DNA of 58,496 nt, counting the filler, from Sphacelaria rigidula (Eukaryota): assembly GCA_964200075.2 (NCBI GenBank). It is 9 parts of 9 records of this genome, joined end to end, with 100 filler letters (N's around TTAATTAATTAA, not from the genome) between each part and the next. Parts side by side here need not be neighbours in the genome. Positions count along the whole stretch, not along the records: positions 19,534 to 25,944 come from CAXNAA020020238.1; positions 26,045 to 32,455 come from CAXNAA020020239.1; positions 32,556 to 38,966 come from CAXNAA020020240.1; 6 more parts are not named here. One strand, written 5' to 3'. Shown one piece after another: positions 23,700 to 34,810 of the stretch (positions are counted from its first letter, which is position 1; each line of letters begins with the position of its first letter). The position numbers were made by a program, and so were the translations under genes. The notes below the pieces were generated by a model. That model made no database searches. It was not told the origin of the DNA and saw only the letters and a list, made by a program, of their open reading frames with translations.

Positions 23700-24960
23700 T
23701 CCCCATCTCGGCGGGAAGACAAATGATCCGTCAGCCTCGTGGACATCTCCGTGTCCGGCTCCTCCCTCATCGGTGCTGAACTCGTCACAATCGTCGCTAT
23801 CGCCATCTTCCTCCTGTACGGACGCCTCGGAGAAACCGCTGGTGGGTTCGTGAGGGTTGCTCAGCCACTCAGGCACGGCGGCGAAGGCTTGGGCGTCTGA
23901 CAGCATCGGCACCTCATTCGGGATGTCGGAGTATCTGCCGTCAAAAAAAGGCACCGCCTCGTTGTACTATGCGCAGCATCCAAGCGGTTGCGGCACCCGG
24001 TGATGAGCCGCCCTGCAGTGCTGAAAACGCGCTCCATGACGGCCGAAGATGCCGGGATGAAGAGAATGCTCGGGCTGCCCGCGTCATATGCGGGCACACC
24101 CGAGAGCCCTCCGAGGACCAATCATCGAGCGTGAGCAAGATGAGCTTGGTGAAAAGGGTCTCCTTACCAGCAAGCACGAAGCGGTCGAACTCCTTCGTGC
24201 ACAGCCGCCTCTGTGTCTTGGGTGTCGGGCCCCACCGACGCGCGGCGTCTTCCAATGCTGCCTTGGCAGTCGTGGGGGCCACATCGGCTACAGCGTTGTG
24301 GCCTCCATGACTGCGAAGGCAGCATCTGAAGAGGCGGCGTGGTCGTTGGAGAGCAGCATGTGGGCGACGCCCTCCTAGATCATCCGCGGAGCCCGACACC
24401 GAAGACACGAAGGCAGCCGTGCACGAAGGAGTTCGAAAGCTTCGTGCTTGCTGGCAAGGGGAAGACCCTCTTTCAACGCTCTGCTTCGTCTACGGGGGAA
24501 TGCCGTTCGTCGTGGCACGACCGTTTCGCGGGATTGGCCACTGTGCTGGGCTCACGGCTAAATGCACACGCTTCAGCCGCCTCTATAATGAAGTCGAGAT
24601 TCTTCGTCGTGACAGCCGCCCTCACACAGCCAGCCATCACCTCGTGCTGTAGACGGCGGAGAGAAAGGGCGACATGGTGAAGAATAGCTTCATAGGTTCA
24701 TTTTTCGATGCCAGCTGAGGAAATCCGGCTTGTCGCCCGCGGCGTCTATGTCGTGCGCTTGAAGAGGCGCTTGTCGATCGCCGCAGCCAACCACCACGCT
24801 CTTCCTCTTGATCGTGACTGTCTGAAGAGGAGTCTCCTCCGGCGTAACGGGTTGCGCCGGCGCTATCTAAATCTTGGACGTGGCAACCATCTCTCGTTTG
24901 GGACACTAAGCGCGAAGGAAGCTACCGTTCCGTGAAACAGACGCCCTGATGGCCATCCGG
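23700..24960 (-). pseudogene. hAT transposase pseudogene, C-terminal half including the hAT dimerisation domain; frameshifted
   Basis: ...W....RVCPHMTRAA/SILFIPASSAVMERVFSTAGRLITGCRNRLDAAH matches the hAT C-terminal dimerisation motif (PASSA.ERVFS.AG...R.RL). Acidic tail follows. An upstream LAAAIDKRLF segment is also present. Confidence 0.88.
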
Positions 24961-25094
24961 TCGAGTGTTGGCATGCGGTCCAACCAGCTCTGACAGTAAT
25001 CAAATATTCCGGTCAGAAATGCAGCGCAGGATGGGAGTAGAAGAAGCCACCTCCTGATTTCTCGCCTCGAATCACAAAGGTGAAGTTCTAACAC

Positions 25095-25410
25095 GTCCAA
25101 ACTATGCTCTGCGGCAACCCCAACAAACGTTTCAATGCCGTGCCTCATCGGTGGATATCTACATCCAACGTGCTCCAGACTGTCGTATCAGGTAGGTCCG
25201 CGCTTGAGCCCTACCACACCGAGAATGAGGATGACATTTCCCCCGTCCGCCTCAAGGGCCAGCATCGAGGAACTGTACTCCCTGGTCAAGGCTGTTGCGA
25301 TCTTGGTCAAAGACACTCGGAGGACAAAGGTGCCGACGACGGCAGCGGCGCTCCACGACCTGATGGCTATCAGGGTGTCTCTATTGAAGGAACCAGCCTT
25401 CCTTTGGTAG
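25095..25410 (+). pseudogene. hAT transposase middle segment, in the opposite orientation to the C-terminal part
   Basis: NAVPHRWISTSNVLQTVV...ALEPY (RWxST motif), then frameshift to IEELYSLVKAVAILVKDT....VPT...ALHDLMAIR. Confidence 0.7.
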
Positions 25411-25944
25411 AGACACCCCGGTAACCATCAGGTCGTGGAGCGTCGCTGCTCCCATCGGCACCCTGGTCTCTGAGTTTCTTCTATCAAGATCGCGCTAGAC
25501 ATGATGACGGAGTACAGTTCCTACAGTTGAGGCACAGTATTCTGTAATCAAGGCTGTTGCGATCTTCATCAAAGACACTCAGAGGAGCAAGGTGCCGACG
25601 GGGGCAGCGACGCTCCACGACGTGATGGCTATCAGGGTGTCTCCATTGAAGGAACCAGCCTTCCTTTGGTAGAGACACCCCGGTAGCCATCAGGTCGTGG
25701 AGCGTCGCTGCTCCCATCGGCACCCTGGTCTCTGAGTTTTTTTTTCAAGATCGCGCTAGACATGATGAGGGAGTACATTTGCTACAGTTGAGGAACCATA
25801 CTCTGTGATCAAGGCTGTTGCGATCTTGGTCAAAGACATTCAGAGGAGCAAGGTGCCGACGGGGTCAGCGACGCTCCACGACGTGATGGCTATCAGGGTG
25901 TCTCTATTGAAGAAACCAGCCTTCCTTTGGTAGAGACACCCCGG
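25267..25944. repeat. ~261-bp tandem satellite whose unit is a palindrome of transposase coding sequence
   Basis: caaggctgttgcgatc occurs at 25287, 25549 and 25810. Each unit is a forward ~117-bp segment, a small hairpin spacer and an inverted diverged copy. Confidence 0.9.
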
Positions 25945-26965
25945 NNNNNNNNNNNNNNNNNNNNNNNNNNNNNNNNNNNNNNNNNNNNTTAATTAATTAA
26001 NNNNNNNNNNNNNNNNNNNNNNNNNNNNNNNNNNNNNNNNNNNNGCTCTTCCGACCCCCCCCCCCCCCCCTCCCCGCGCCGTCCCTTCCCCACACATGCT
26101 ACGAAAAAAGTATCAATCGAGTTTGACGCGTACAACAGTAGCTTGCACAGTCAGTTGCTGGCATCGAATCTGTCCTTCTTTGGTATCGTATGAAAGGGGA
26201 TGTTTCCCACCCTAAATTGAAATGATATGCGACAGGACCTGCCGGTTTGCCATCGAAATGTCAACGCCCAACAAAAATAGTTGCGATCTGAAATTTCTGG
26301 GGAAAAAGAAGAAGAAAATGTCATAACTCCATGAAAAAAATAATAAGAAAAAAACTCTTGAAACTGCTGTGATATGTTTTCTTTTCTGTGCGTGTAAAAG
26401 TTCCTTGTGAAATTTCGGTTCAAAACTCCCAAAGTTAGGTGGGGCATTCCTTTTTTTTTTTTTCACCATACGAGGTCAATTGGATTGCCAATATCGCAAT
26501 GCGTTTTGGTGGCCTAGTATAGGGTATATATATAAATATGTACTTGTCGTATTGAGAACACCTGAGCTCCGCTGATCTCGGCTTAGCTGACTTCGACACT
26601 CAGGTCACAAAGTCCGGGAACTCCAACACTCGCCGTGAAGTACGGTTGTCGACTTTGGAATTTAGCTTGCCTTTTGAAACTGGGGGCTAAGTGTCAAGAA
26701 GCACCTTGGATGTATCGAGAGACGTGTGTGCATGTACTTGCATGTCTAAATTTGGAGCAAACGCATCCATCCATGAAGTAATCCAGGACGAACACACACA
26801 GAACGAGAGAGAGGGAGAGAGAGAGAGAGAGAGAGAGAGTTCGCTTAAGGAGGACAACGATGCGTGTGTGCGTGCGTGCCTATCCGTGCGTTCGTTTCTC
26901 GCGGGCCTGATCCTGGTCCTGCCCCTGCTTCCTTCTGTTGCTTATCTTTATCCTCGTCTCCGCAG

Positions 26966-27066
26966 GAGGAAACACTGATGCGACAGCATGGAATATTCCA
27001 AAATAAGTGGGCGCAGATCGCCAAATCCCTCCCGGGGCGCTGCGACAATGACATCAAGAACCACTG
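26966..27066 (+). CDS. MYB: MYB transcription factor, penultimate exon (end of the last MYB repeat, R3-type)
   Basis: EETLMRQHGIFQNKWAQIAKSLPGRCDNDIKNHW matches the canonical NKWA.IAK.LPGR.DN.IKNHW motif. Acceptor ccgcag|, donor TG|gtgcgg (phase 2). Confidence 0.92.
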
Positions 27067-27389
27067 GTGCGGACCCCCCCCCCTATCTTCGCGTACAATC
27101 ATCACTCGAGACACGACACGGCATTCGTTTATTTATTTTCTTCTTTTTGGCCTCCTTTTTTTTCATTTACCGATTGATTACGGCACAACGCACAAGCGTA
27201 ATATTATTGCGGCACGGCATGGCCGGATCATTTACTAGAGAAAGAAGAGGATCCTATTCGTGTGTACCCTACACTTCATTCACGGGAGGAGGGCAGCAAG
27301 ATTTTTCATAGTAGCGCAAGCTTGTTGTGGAGGGTCGTGGAGTGAATGCGTTAGTTACCCTACGCTTGATTTGCGATACAGCATTGCCG

Positions 27390-27620
27390 CGCGCACCGGT
27401 GTTGAACTGAAAACGATCAGGCCGGAAGAATGCCGGTTAGATTCTCCCCAGATATGTTTTTTTTTCTTTCTGATTCACGTCGTTGACAACGTGAGGGCGT
27501 TTGAGTGGCAAAAGAGAATTTCCTTGACGAGAGTCGACGCGGTGCAAGGAGTGCTGATAAGTCATGATCCCACTCGCGAGACCAAAAATGCAACATGTGT
27601 ACGGACTGTACCGGCGGGAA
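27390..27620 (+). mobile_element. Degenerate SINE copy in the MYB intron (same family as 40897-41126)
   Basis: Shared body gacg(c/a)ggtgc..ggagtgctgata.gtcatga.ccc..tcgcga.accaaaa. Confidence 0.6.
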
Positions 27621-27926
27621 GATGGGCGTGATTGATTCATCGCTTGAGACCGCAGCACTCGTCCCGAGGAGGGAGGGGGGATTGGGAGTGTAAACTGGAA
27701 GAAAAGAAAGGTACCCGCGCGCCGACAGGTACACACACAGTAAAACATCACTCACTCACGAAAACTCCGTCATTTTCCAGCCGAGTCACAAGTGATCAGT
27801 GCGTGAGAAACTCTCTCATCAGTCACACCCACGCGTCACTTTTTGCTACTTTTACGGTAGACACGCGCTGTACTCAACCCGCCACCTCTCCGACCACCGG
27901 TCGCTATCCTACCCGTTCTTGTCCAG

Positions 27927-28127
27927 GTACGCGTATCAACGACGGCAAAGAGAGTTCTCGATGGGATTGGATTCCACCGTGAGCTTCCAGCACAGCACCT
28001 ACGCGTCTTCGCGGGCAGGGGGGGGTCTTGACATGCAGCTTCCCACGGGCCATAGGCAGGGGGCCGAGGGTGCTGAGCCCCAGCCCAAGCGACTCCGGAC
28101 AGAGAGAGGTGCAATTCAACCACAGCT

Positions 28128-28175
<48 letters not shown>

Positions 28176-29016
28176 TCAGATGGAACAATATCGACACCAG
28201 CAACAGCAGCAGGAGCAACAAGAGCGGTTGGGCGTTGTCGTTGCGGGCGGCACGTCCGGTGGAGACGGAAGCATGACTGTCGGGTTCGACGGCGAAGGGA
28301 ATGTTACCGATCAGTTCGGTCGGGCGGACAGTGGAGACGGCGGCGGTAACGGTGTCGACAGTGGTACGGGCCTCGATTCAGGCACCACCACAGGCGGTGT
28401 GAGTACCGGTAGCGATGGAGACGACGGAGGAGATATTGAAGAGGGTTACGGTCAGTTCGAGCACGACGACGAACGTTACCATGACGGTGATGTCCAGAGC
28501 AGCCACGATCAGTTGGGACACCACCTTCCCAACGACGACGGCGACGTGGGACATCATGCTTCAGACCATTTCGACGGCGATGCCGTGTCGTCAGGCGTGC
28601 TGATAGGTGCTGGCGAGGTCGCAGGTGGCGGCGGTTGCGGTCATGGTCATGGTGATCATGAGAGTGTCCCAGGCGGCAGCGTCGGCGGCGGTGGCGGTGG
28701 TGTCGATGATAGTGTTTGTGATCGTGGCTTTGTCACTGATTTTGGTGATGATGTTGGGTGTGATGGTGATGATGTTGGCGGAGACGGTGTCGGCGCCAGA
28801 GGTGACTCCGAGACGCACAGCACAGGAGACATCCGGCTAGATACTGGAGCGAATGGTCAGGGTGACGGCCAGGATGCCTGCGGGACAACCGCAGTGGCAA
28901 CGATGAGGCATGTTGGAGAGGGCGTTCATGCTGGCCACGCCACCGTGGGAGATCTTGACGAATTGGAAGGCGGGTTGACGACGGATGAGAACGCCAATGA
29001 AAGCGCAGTACTGTAG
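27927..29016 (+). CDS. MYB: MYB transcription factor, terminal exon with polyQ and Gly/Asp/His-rich acidic tail
   Basis: Acceptor gtccag|G completes the TG+G Trp codon (W-YAYQRRQR). The frame is open to TAG at 29016. Confidence 0.85.
28129..28173 (+). repeat. Pure (CAG)15 polyglutamine tract
   Basis: Directly visible and in frame. Confidence 0.95.
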
Positions 29017-29103
29017 GACAACTCATGGGAAGCGCGCAACACACCATGTACAATAGTGCTGGCAGGAAGCTGGTGGGCCACACTTTCAGGGAAGCGCGTA
29101 ACG

Positions 29104-29451
29104 CAGCGCTTCAAATAGAGGGGGAGGGGGGAGGGGGGGGATGCGCCCGTGCGCTTGCGCACATTCTAGACTGGAAACGAGGAAAAGCTCACGGTGTGTA
29201 ATGAGGCATGTGCGGCGTGCCGCACCCACCGGTTTGTCGCGCACACTTTTTCGCCGAATGCGAACCAATACGTGCGGCGTGGTGGAATTCGCCGAAGGCC
29301 AAAAAATAAGTTGGCTACGTATTCGTTGGTCGTGAGACCAGAAAACGTCTTGAGACGACTCTTTTTTTCGACCCTCCAGGAGCACTCCAGGTGCCCCTGG
29401 CGGGGGGCTGTTTTTGCCGCACATGCGGCTTCTGGCCCATCTGAAGCGCTG
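29104..29451. mobile_element. hAT MITE just downstream of the MYB stop codon
   Basis: TIR CAGCGCTTCAAAT / ATCTGAAGCGCTG. Decayed 8-bp TSD GCGTAACG/GTGCAACA. The uninterrupted site GCGCAACA is preserved in an upstream tandem duplicate at ~29034. Confidence 0.7.
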
Positions 29452-29789
29452 GTGCAACACACCATGTACAATAGTGCTGGCAAGAAGCTGACGGGTCATA
29501 GAGATAAATATATGTGGATTGATAGAGGTAGATAGTGGTGGTCTTGTATTCTTCCCTCCCTTTGCTCATGAACTCAAGTGTTGAAGTATGCTCGTGGTGT
29601 ACTCAGGGTTCTTCCTTCTGTGTTTTGTTGCGCGACGGTCTCATACAGGAGCAGGGACTCGTGCGCGGGTGATTGAGGTCTTTGTAAACAGAAAGTACAT
29701 GTTTCGTGTGTTCATTCATATTAAATCCTTCTGTGTTGAATCGTTTCGCTTATAGAGAGAAATATGAGCACTAATGCAAGGCAAACGTG

Positions 29790-30218
29790 CAAGGTTGTGT
29801 TCTGTATACGGCACGAGTATGTTGGTAAGGTGTAAGATTTCTTACAATACTTACAGGGCTGTCGGTACCGTTTTGGACGTCTTGAAAAACTTACAGAACC
29901 TGTCGGATACAGTTGGAAGTCTTTGAAGGACTTGCAAAACCTGTCGGGTACCATCATGGAAATCTTGAACTTACAGAACCTGTCGGGTACGGTGTGGAGG
30001 TTGGACAGAAACCCTTACCCTCAACCGGGTATTTCTACAAGGGTATACCCCCACCCCGGGTAACGGTAGACATTTCGTACAAATCTTACAGTACTGTCCG
30101 GTACCGGTATGGGAGACTTACAGCATTTACAGAACTGTCAGATACTGTCAGATACGGGTAATACCCTAGTGAATACCACGAGTATACAGGATATCGTACC
30201 CTAGAAGGACCAACGTTG
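29790..30218. mobile_element. hAT MITE with internal subrepeats (acttacagaacctgtcgggtac); related fragments at ~55490-55660 and ~57225-57596
   Basis: Perfect 8-bp TSD CAAACGTG (29782-29789 / 30219-30226) and termini CAAGGTTG...CAACGTTG. Confidence 0.85.
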
Positions 30219-30943
30219 CAAACGTGCACATATACATGTCCCCATAATATAGAGAAGTCGAGGATAAGCTTAGGTTGTGGATGCATATATGCGCCCAGGG
30301 GGGGGGGGGGTAAAGGCACGGTACGCTTCTGCAGCAGTATCATACAATTGTGAAGAGGTGATTCCTCGACGGATAATTTCGGGAAACTTTCTCCTCCATG
30401 TGGTGATTGCCACATTATTCCCCATTTCTATGACCCTTTTCGTATCTCCTCATGCCGAGAAGCGGTTTGTAGGGGTAACCATTTTCTCCGGCTAGCGGTG
30501 AGGATGTACACCTTTCCTTACATATCTCCTACTTGGGTTGGGTTGCCGAGCCAAAAAATCTCCACGGAAGGCTTTCCCGTTAGATTGTGGAACTCTGCTG
30601 CTTTGAAGGTCACCCACCACGTAGTTGTCTGCCGCCCCCACCATTTTTATGACATTTTGATGCTCGATTAACTTCGGGGGGGCATTGTTTTTGTCGTCGC
30701 GTTAGTGGGAGTCGGAATTTGTGCCCGAGACCTTCCGTTCCTGAAGCGTACGAGTTTTCTCTTGGTGTTGCCAATATGAAAAGGTGGTTCCTCGATAGGC
30801 ACTTCTGAATTTTTCCTTTCTTCTATATGGTGGTACCTGCAGAAAGGCGGGTTGAAGCGCTCGTCGCTAGCTTTGACCTACATTTTGAGCCACGCAGTTT
30901 CCTGTGCTTCCGTCATCGACAGTCATGATTGTACATGTGTATG

Positions 30944-31087
30944 TATTGTCAGAGTCGTCCGTCACATCTACATGAATCCACAGTGTGGGCAACCGCATTC
31001 TCGGACTATTAAGGGTATTGTCAGAGTCGTCCGTCATATCTGCATGAATCCACAATGTGGGCAACCGCATTCTCGGACTATTAAGGG
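30944..31087 (+). repeat. Tandem duplication of a ~72-bp unit
   Basis: tattgtcagagtcgtccgtca...cggactattaaggg occurs twice with few mismatches. Confidence 0.9.
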
Positions 31088-31142
31088 CCTTTATTATCGA
31101 CAAAAAAAAGGCTAATACACAAAAAAGGGTGCACCCTGGTGG

Positions 31143-32404
31143 TTTTGGAACAAAAAAGGGTAACGCATTTTTCGCTTTGGGGCGCGGCGCTGCACGCGGG
31201 CTGAACACCTCGAAAACACGTTCCAGCGCCTCAGCCCCACGCCCAAGATGTCTGGGCAGCATGCCCGACCATTTTTTAATTTTTTTTCCCAAGTGTTATT
31301 CAGCTGAGCTACGGCGCCGAAAATGAGAGCTTGTGAGAGTACCCTTTTTTGTAAGCAAACTAGGAGGGTCCACCCTGTCCTCTGCTCAAAATTTATCTCT
31401 TACAGTGGGGGCAACGGTTTAAGAGAGGGGTGTGCAGCGGCTTGCAATCTCTCTTGAAGCTACCCTTTTTTCCCCCGTTTTCAGAGAGGTTTTCTGTTGA
31501 ACCGAGTGCTTGGTATGAGATAATACCTGTCCTTTATACCGATATACTCCGAGTATATGGGCTCTGGAGTGCGGGTGAAACCAAGATGTCTGGAGGGTAC
31601 GCATGCCAATGTCAAGTCGCCTCAATCCTTGGATTCGTGATGTATATGGGTTTCAGACCGTGGATGAAATCAAGGCATCTGGAGGGTACGTGCGTTCATG
31701 TCAATGCGCCTCGTTGAATTTTTATGTTGACATACTGTACTGTTGTACTGTGTACGCTGCTGTACCGCAATCTATGCCATCCGATTCGGGCGTTCTTTCT
31801 CCAATCCGTAATCCGGTCGGTGCCCATCTTTGTTTCCGAGCCGCAAATTGAAGATCCCGCAACGGCCTGACACTGTCACCACGTGACGCCGTCCGGGCGT
31901 GTGTGTCGGCAAGATGTTCATACATGTTCGTTGGATCTTTGTGAGCTCCTGCACGTAAGCATGCATCGTTGGATTTTCCGGGTCCTCGGGCCAACTAGCA
32001 GGGGTATATACTCTCTCTTGGCCGTTGAGTTTCGGCCTTCTTTGGTGGGAGTGTAATTTAAACGAAAAGGGCTATTGCTTTGGTTGCGACTGCTCGGCGT
32101 AACTTATGCTGAGCCGGCTGTACGGCCACCACTTCACGAAAAAGGGTAAGAGATAAATTTTGAGCAGAGGGCAGGGTGGACCCTCCTGGTTTGCTTACAA
32201 AAAAGGGTACTCCCTCAAGCTCTCATTTTCGGCGCCATAGTTCAGCTGAGCAACACTTATAAAAATGAAAAAAAATGGTCGGGCATGCTGCCCAGACATC
32301 TTGGGCGTGGGGCTGAGGCGCTGGAACGTGTTTTCGAGGTGTTCAGCCCGCGTGCAGCGCCGCGCCCCAAAGCGAAAATTGCGTTACCCTTCTTTGTTCC
32401 AAAA
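31143..32404. mobile_element. Foldback element with ~260-bp high-identity inverted arms (31143-31403 / 32146-32404) and a ~740-bp interior
   Basis: The arms are near-identical in reverse complement. The ORF track shows the same peptide (MLPRHLGRGAEALERVF...) on opposite strands. Confidence 0.85.
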
Positions 32405-33279
32405 GCTTCATTTTCGGAGAACTCTGAAGGGCAATATACAAAAAAGGGCACACCCNNNNNNNNNNNNNNNNNNNNNNNNNNNNNNNNNNNNNNNNNNNNT
32501 TAATTAATTAANNNNNNNNNNNNNNNNNNNNNNNNNNNNNNNNNNNNNNNNNNNNGCTAAGATTGTTCGGCCCGAAGCCTACTGATAATCTTGCATTCGG
32601 ATGACAGTCAACAATTAGTTGCTTTACTTTGTGCTATCGCCACTTCCAGAGACAGCCAGGGCTTTTACACTGTCTCATGGGTGTCCAACAGGGGGGGGGT
32701 TGTAAATGCTGTTTGTTTTCTTGTTTTTTTTTTCAAATGTATCCTCCTTTTTCTCGAGTTTCTTCATAGGAAGCTGGCGTTTCGTTTCATGTACTTGTAC
32801 CCTGGCGGGTGCGTCTCTCTTGTAGCCACGAGTGGACGACAGCTCTTGGGCTCTCCGGAAATTTTTCTGGGACTGTTTGCTGGGTGGGCCTAACATGTAA
32901 TTTCCTGTTTCTTCGTACAACCACCCAGAACTTGAGTGCTGCATCGCCCTGGTCCTCCTCTTTTATATTTGATGCACGCAGAACACGTTTTCAATCAAAT
33001 TGGCGCCTATGGCGCCGATTTGGAGATCGTCAGCTTACCAATGCCACACTTTGAAGCCCTATGCATCTCCCTTGCCCGACGGCTTTTGGTGTGCCTTGGG
33101 TTGGGGTTGGGGTTGGGGTTGGGGTTAGGGCCAGGGTTAGCGATAGTCGTCAAATATGTCAATCCACCTCAGGTATAAAGCCACACTGTAGTTCTCGGTG
33201 GTATAATGAAAATCGGGCAAAGTCCACGCCTCTTTCGCGCCGCGAATTATTTTGAAATGGCTAAATTCGACAACGTATA

Positions 33280-34810
33280 TTTTAACTTTCAACCGAACGA
33301 TTGAGGGCACGATTCCGCCTAGTAGTAGTAGTGCAAAGAAAATATCATGCTCGGCAGCAGGTTGAACCCAGCCAACGAGGCGATCGACGCAGTAGCCAAC
33401 GGATACGAAGAATCTCGAGGACGGTAGTGTGTGTTCAGCCAACCGCTGGACAATATCGACTGGTCGCCGAAACTTGATGATGCAGACCTGGGGGCACATC
33501 TAAATCGGTCGGGGGGGGGGTATCTCTACTGTTTTTTATGGTTGAAGTCCCTGTCCTTCGTTGATTCCGGCTGGAGATATCACGGAGAGTCGGGCTCGCC
33601 CGGCCAGCTGACAGGACTGAAAGCGCCGTGCAACCTGCACATGCATGTATTGGGTGGAGAGCAATGCTACGGTAGGGGTGCCCTTTTTGCGCGAAATCTT
33701 GTCTGGTTCAGGGGCTCCTAACTATTGTTCTAGATTGCACAATAATATGGGTCAGGGCATCCCCGCTTGCAAATTCATTCGGGGTATACCCAGCACATTG
33801 GAATCAGAATCCTGGGGTACTTCCATATATTTTCAAAAGTCGTGTTTTGTATGAGATAAAGGGCTCCTAACAATTCCAACCCCAGAAAATATATGTGCAC
33901 CCCTACCGTAGCATCACTCTGGAGGCAAGTTTGTTTATCGTCGCTGCCATGTGGGGTTTCACATGATGCGTACCGGGAGGTACCGAGAAAAGTCGAATTC
34001 GTGAATAATAGCTGGCATGGATTGAGATGCTCCTTTTCGTCCACACGGGGCATCGCAACGAAGCCTGTTTCAGCAGTGCGGGGTAGGTCTGAAGAAGTCC
34101 TTGTACTACGAACACTACAATGAAGCAATACATGAAATGAGCGTTCCGGTAGGATCGATGGGTGACCCACTCCATCATCCGTACAAGGTGAGTCTATATA
34201 TACGTGGTCAAAGGCACCCCTATGCAAGTTTCTGGCTCATCTGGACTGTCCACATCTACCAATAGTGTTGACTCGTGTGTAATTTTGAAGTCGGCACACG
34301 TCCTCGGACTAAATAATGCGCACGTTATGATGTTTTCAAGAGGTTATGCACACTACTCTTCGGTTCTATTCTTGTTGTAGCGAGGAGGGGAAATTATCAG
34401 TAACATGGTGATCGACGTTAACATGTGACCCTGTCAACAGAAGATAAAGTCTTCAGCGTAGGATCAGACGTTTCTCCGGAATGTTCACCCGAGCAGCGAT
34501 CAAATTACAAGCACCACTTCAGCAGTCAGTGCAAGTACCCATCGTCATAACTCCCGTAGATATTTCTATTGCCGTTGACGGTTCGACGCTTGTGTGTATT
34601 GTGTATTCTGTGGACGGAGATGCGCATATCTCGGCAACAATTTGCCCACTGCCCATGAAACCGTCACCACGCGGTGACAGCGGGTGCCTGCACGGAGTGC
34701 TGGACGGGCTTCCGTGCTTCGACGAATACTTGGACTGGAAAAAAACGTGGGAAATCATTTAATTTTGCTCACGGTAGTGCTTCAATTATTCGAGCCTTGA
34801 GCGCTCCTGC
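33280..34810 (-). pseudogene. Probable highly degenerate Helitron Rep/helicase N-terminal remnant
   Basis: Fragments in mixed frames (KARIIEAL..KLN; VPLTTY..HL.R....RSYRNAHFMY; VQRLAEH....SRFF.......RLVGW) occur in the order recalled for Helitron Rep. Many stops. Recognised by eye only. Confidence 0.35.

Noticed and set aside
30670..30836. Terminal exon on the minus strand (ctgcag|G-YHHIEERK...)
   Set aside because: The acceptor is plausible, but the frame stops after ~53 codons, with no homology and no partner exon.
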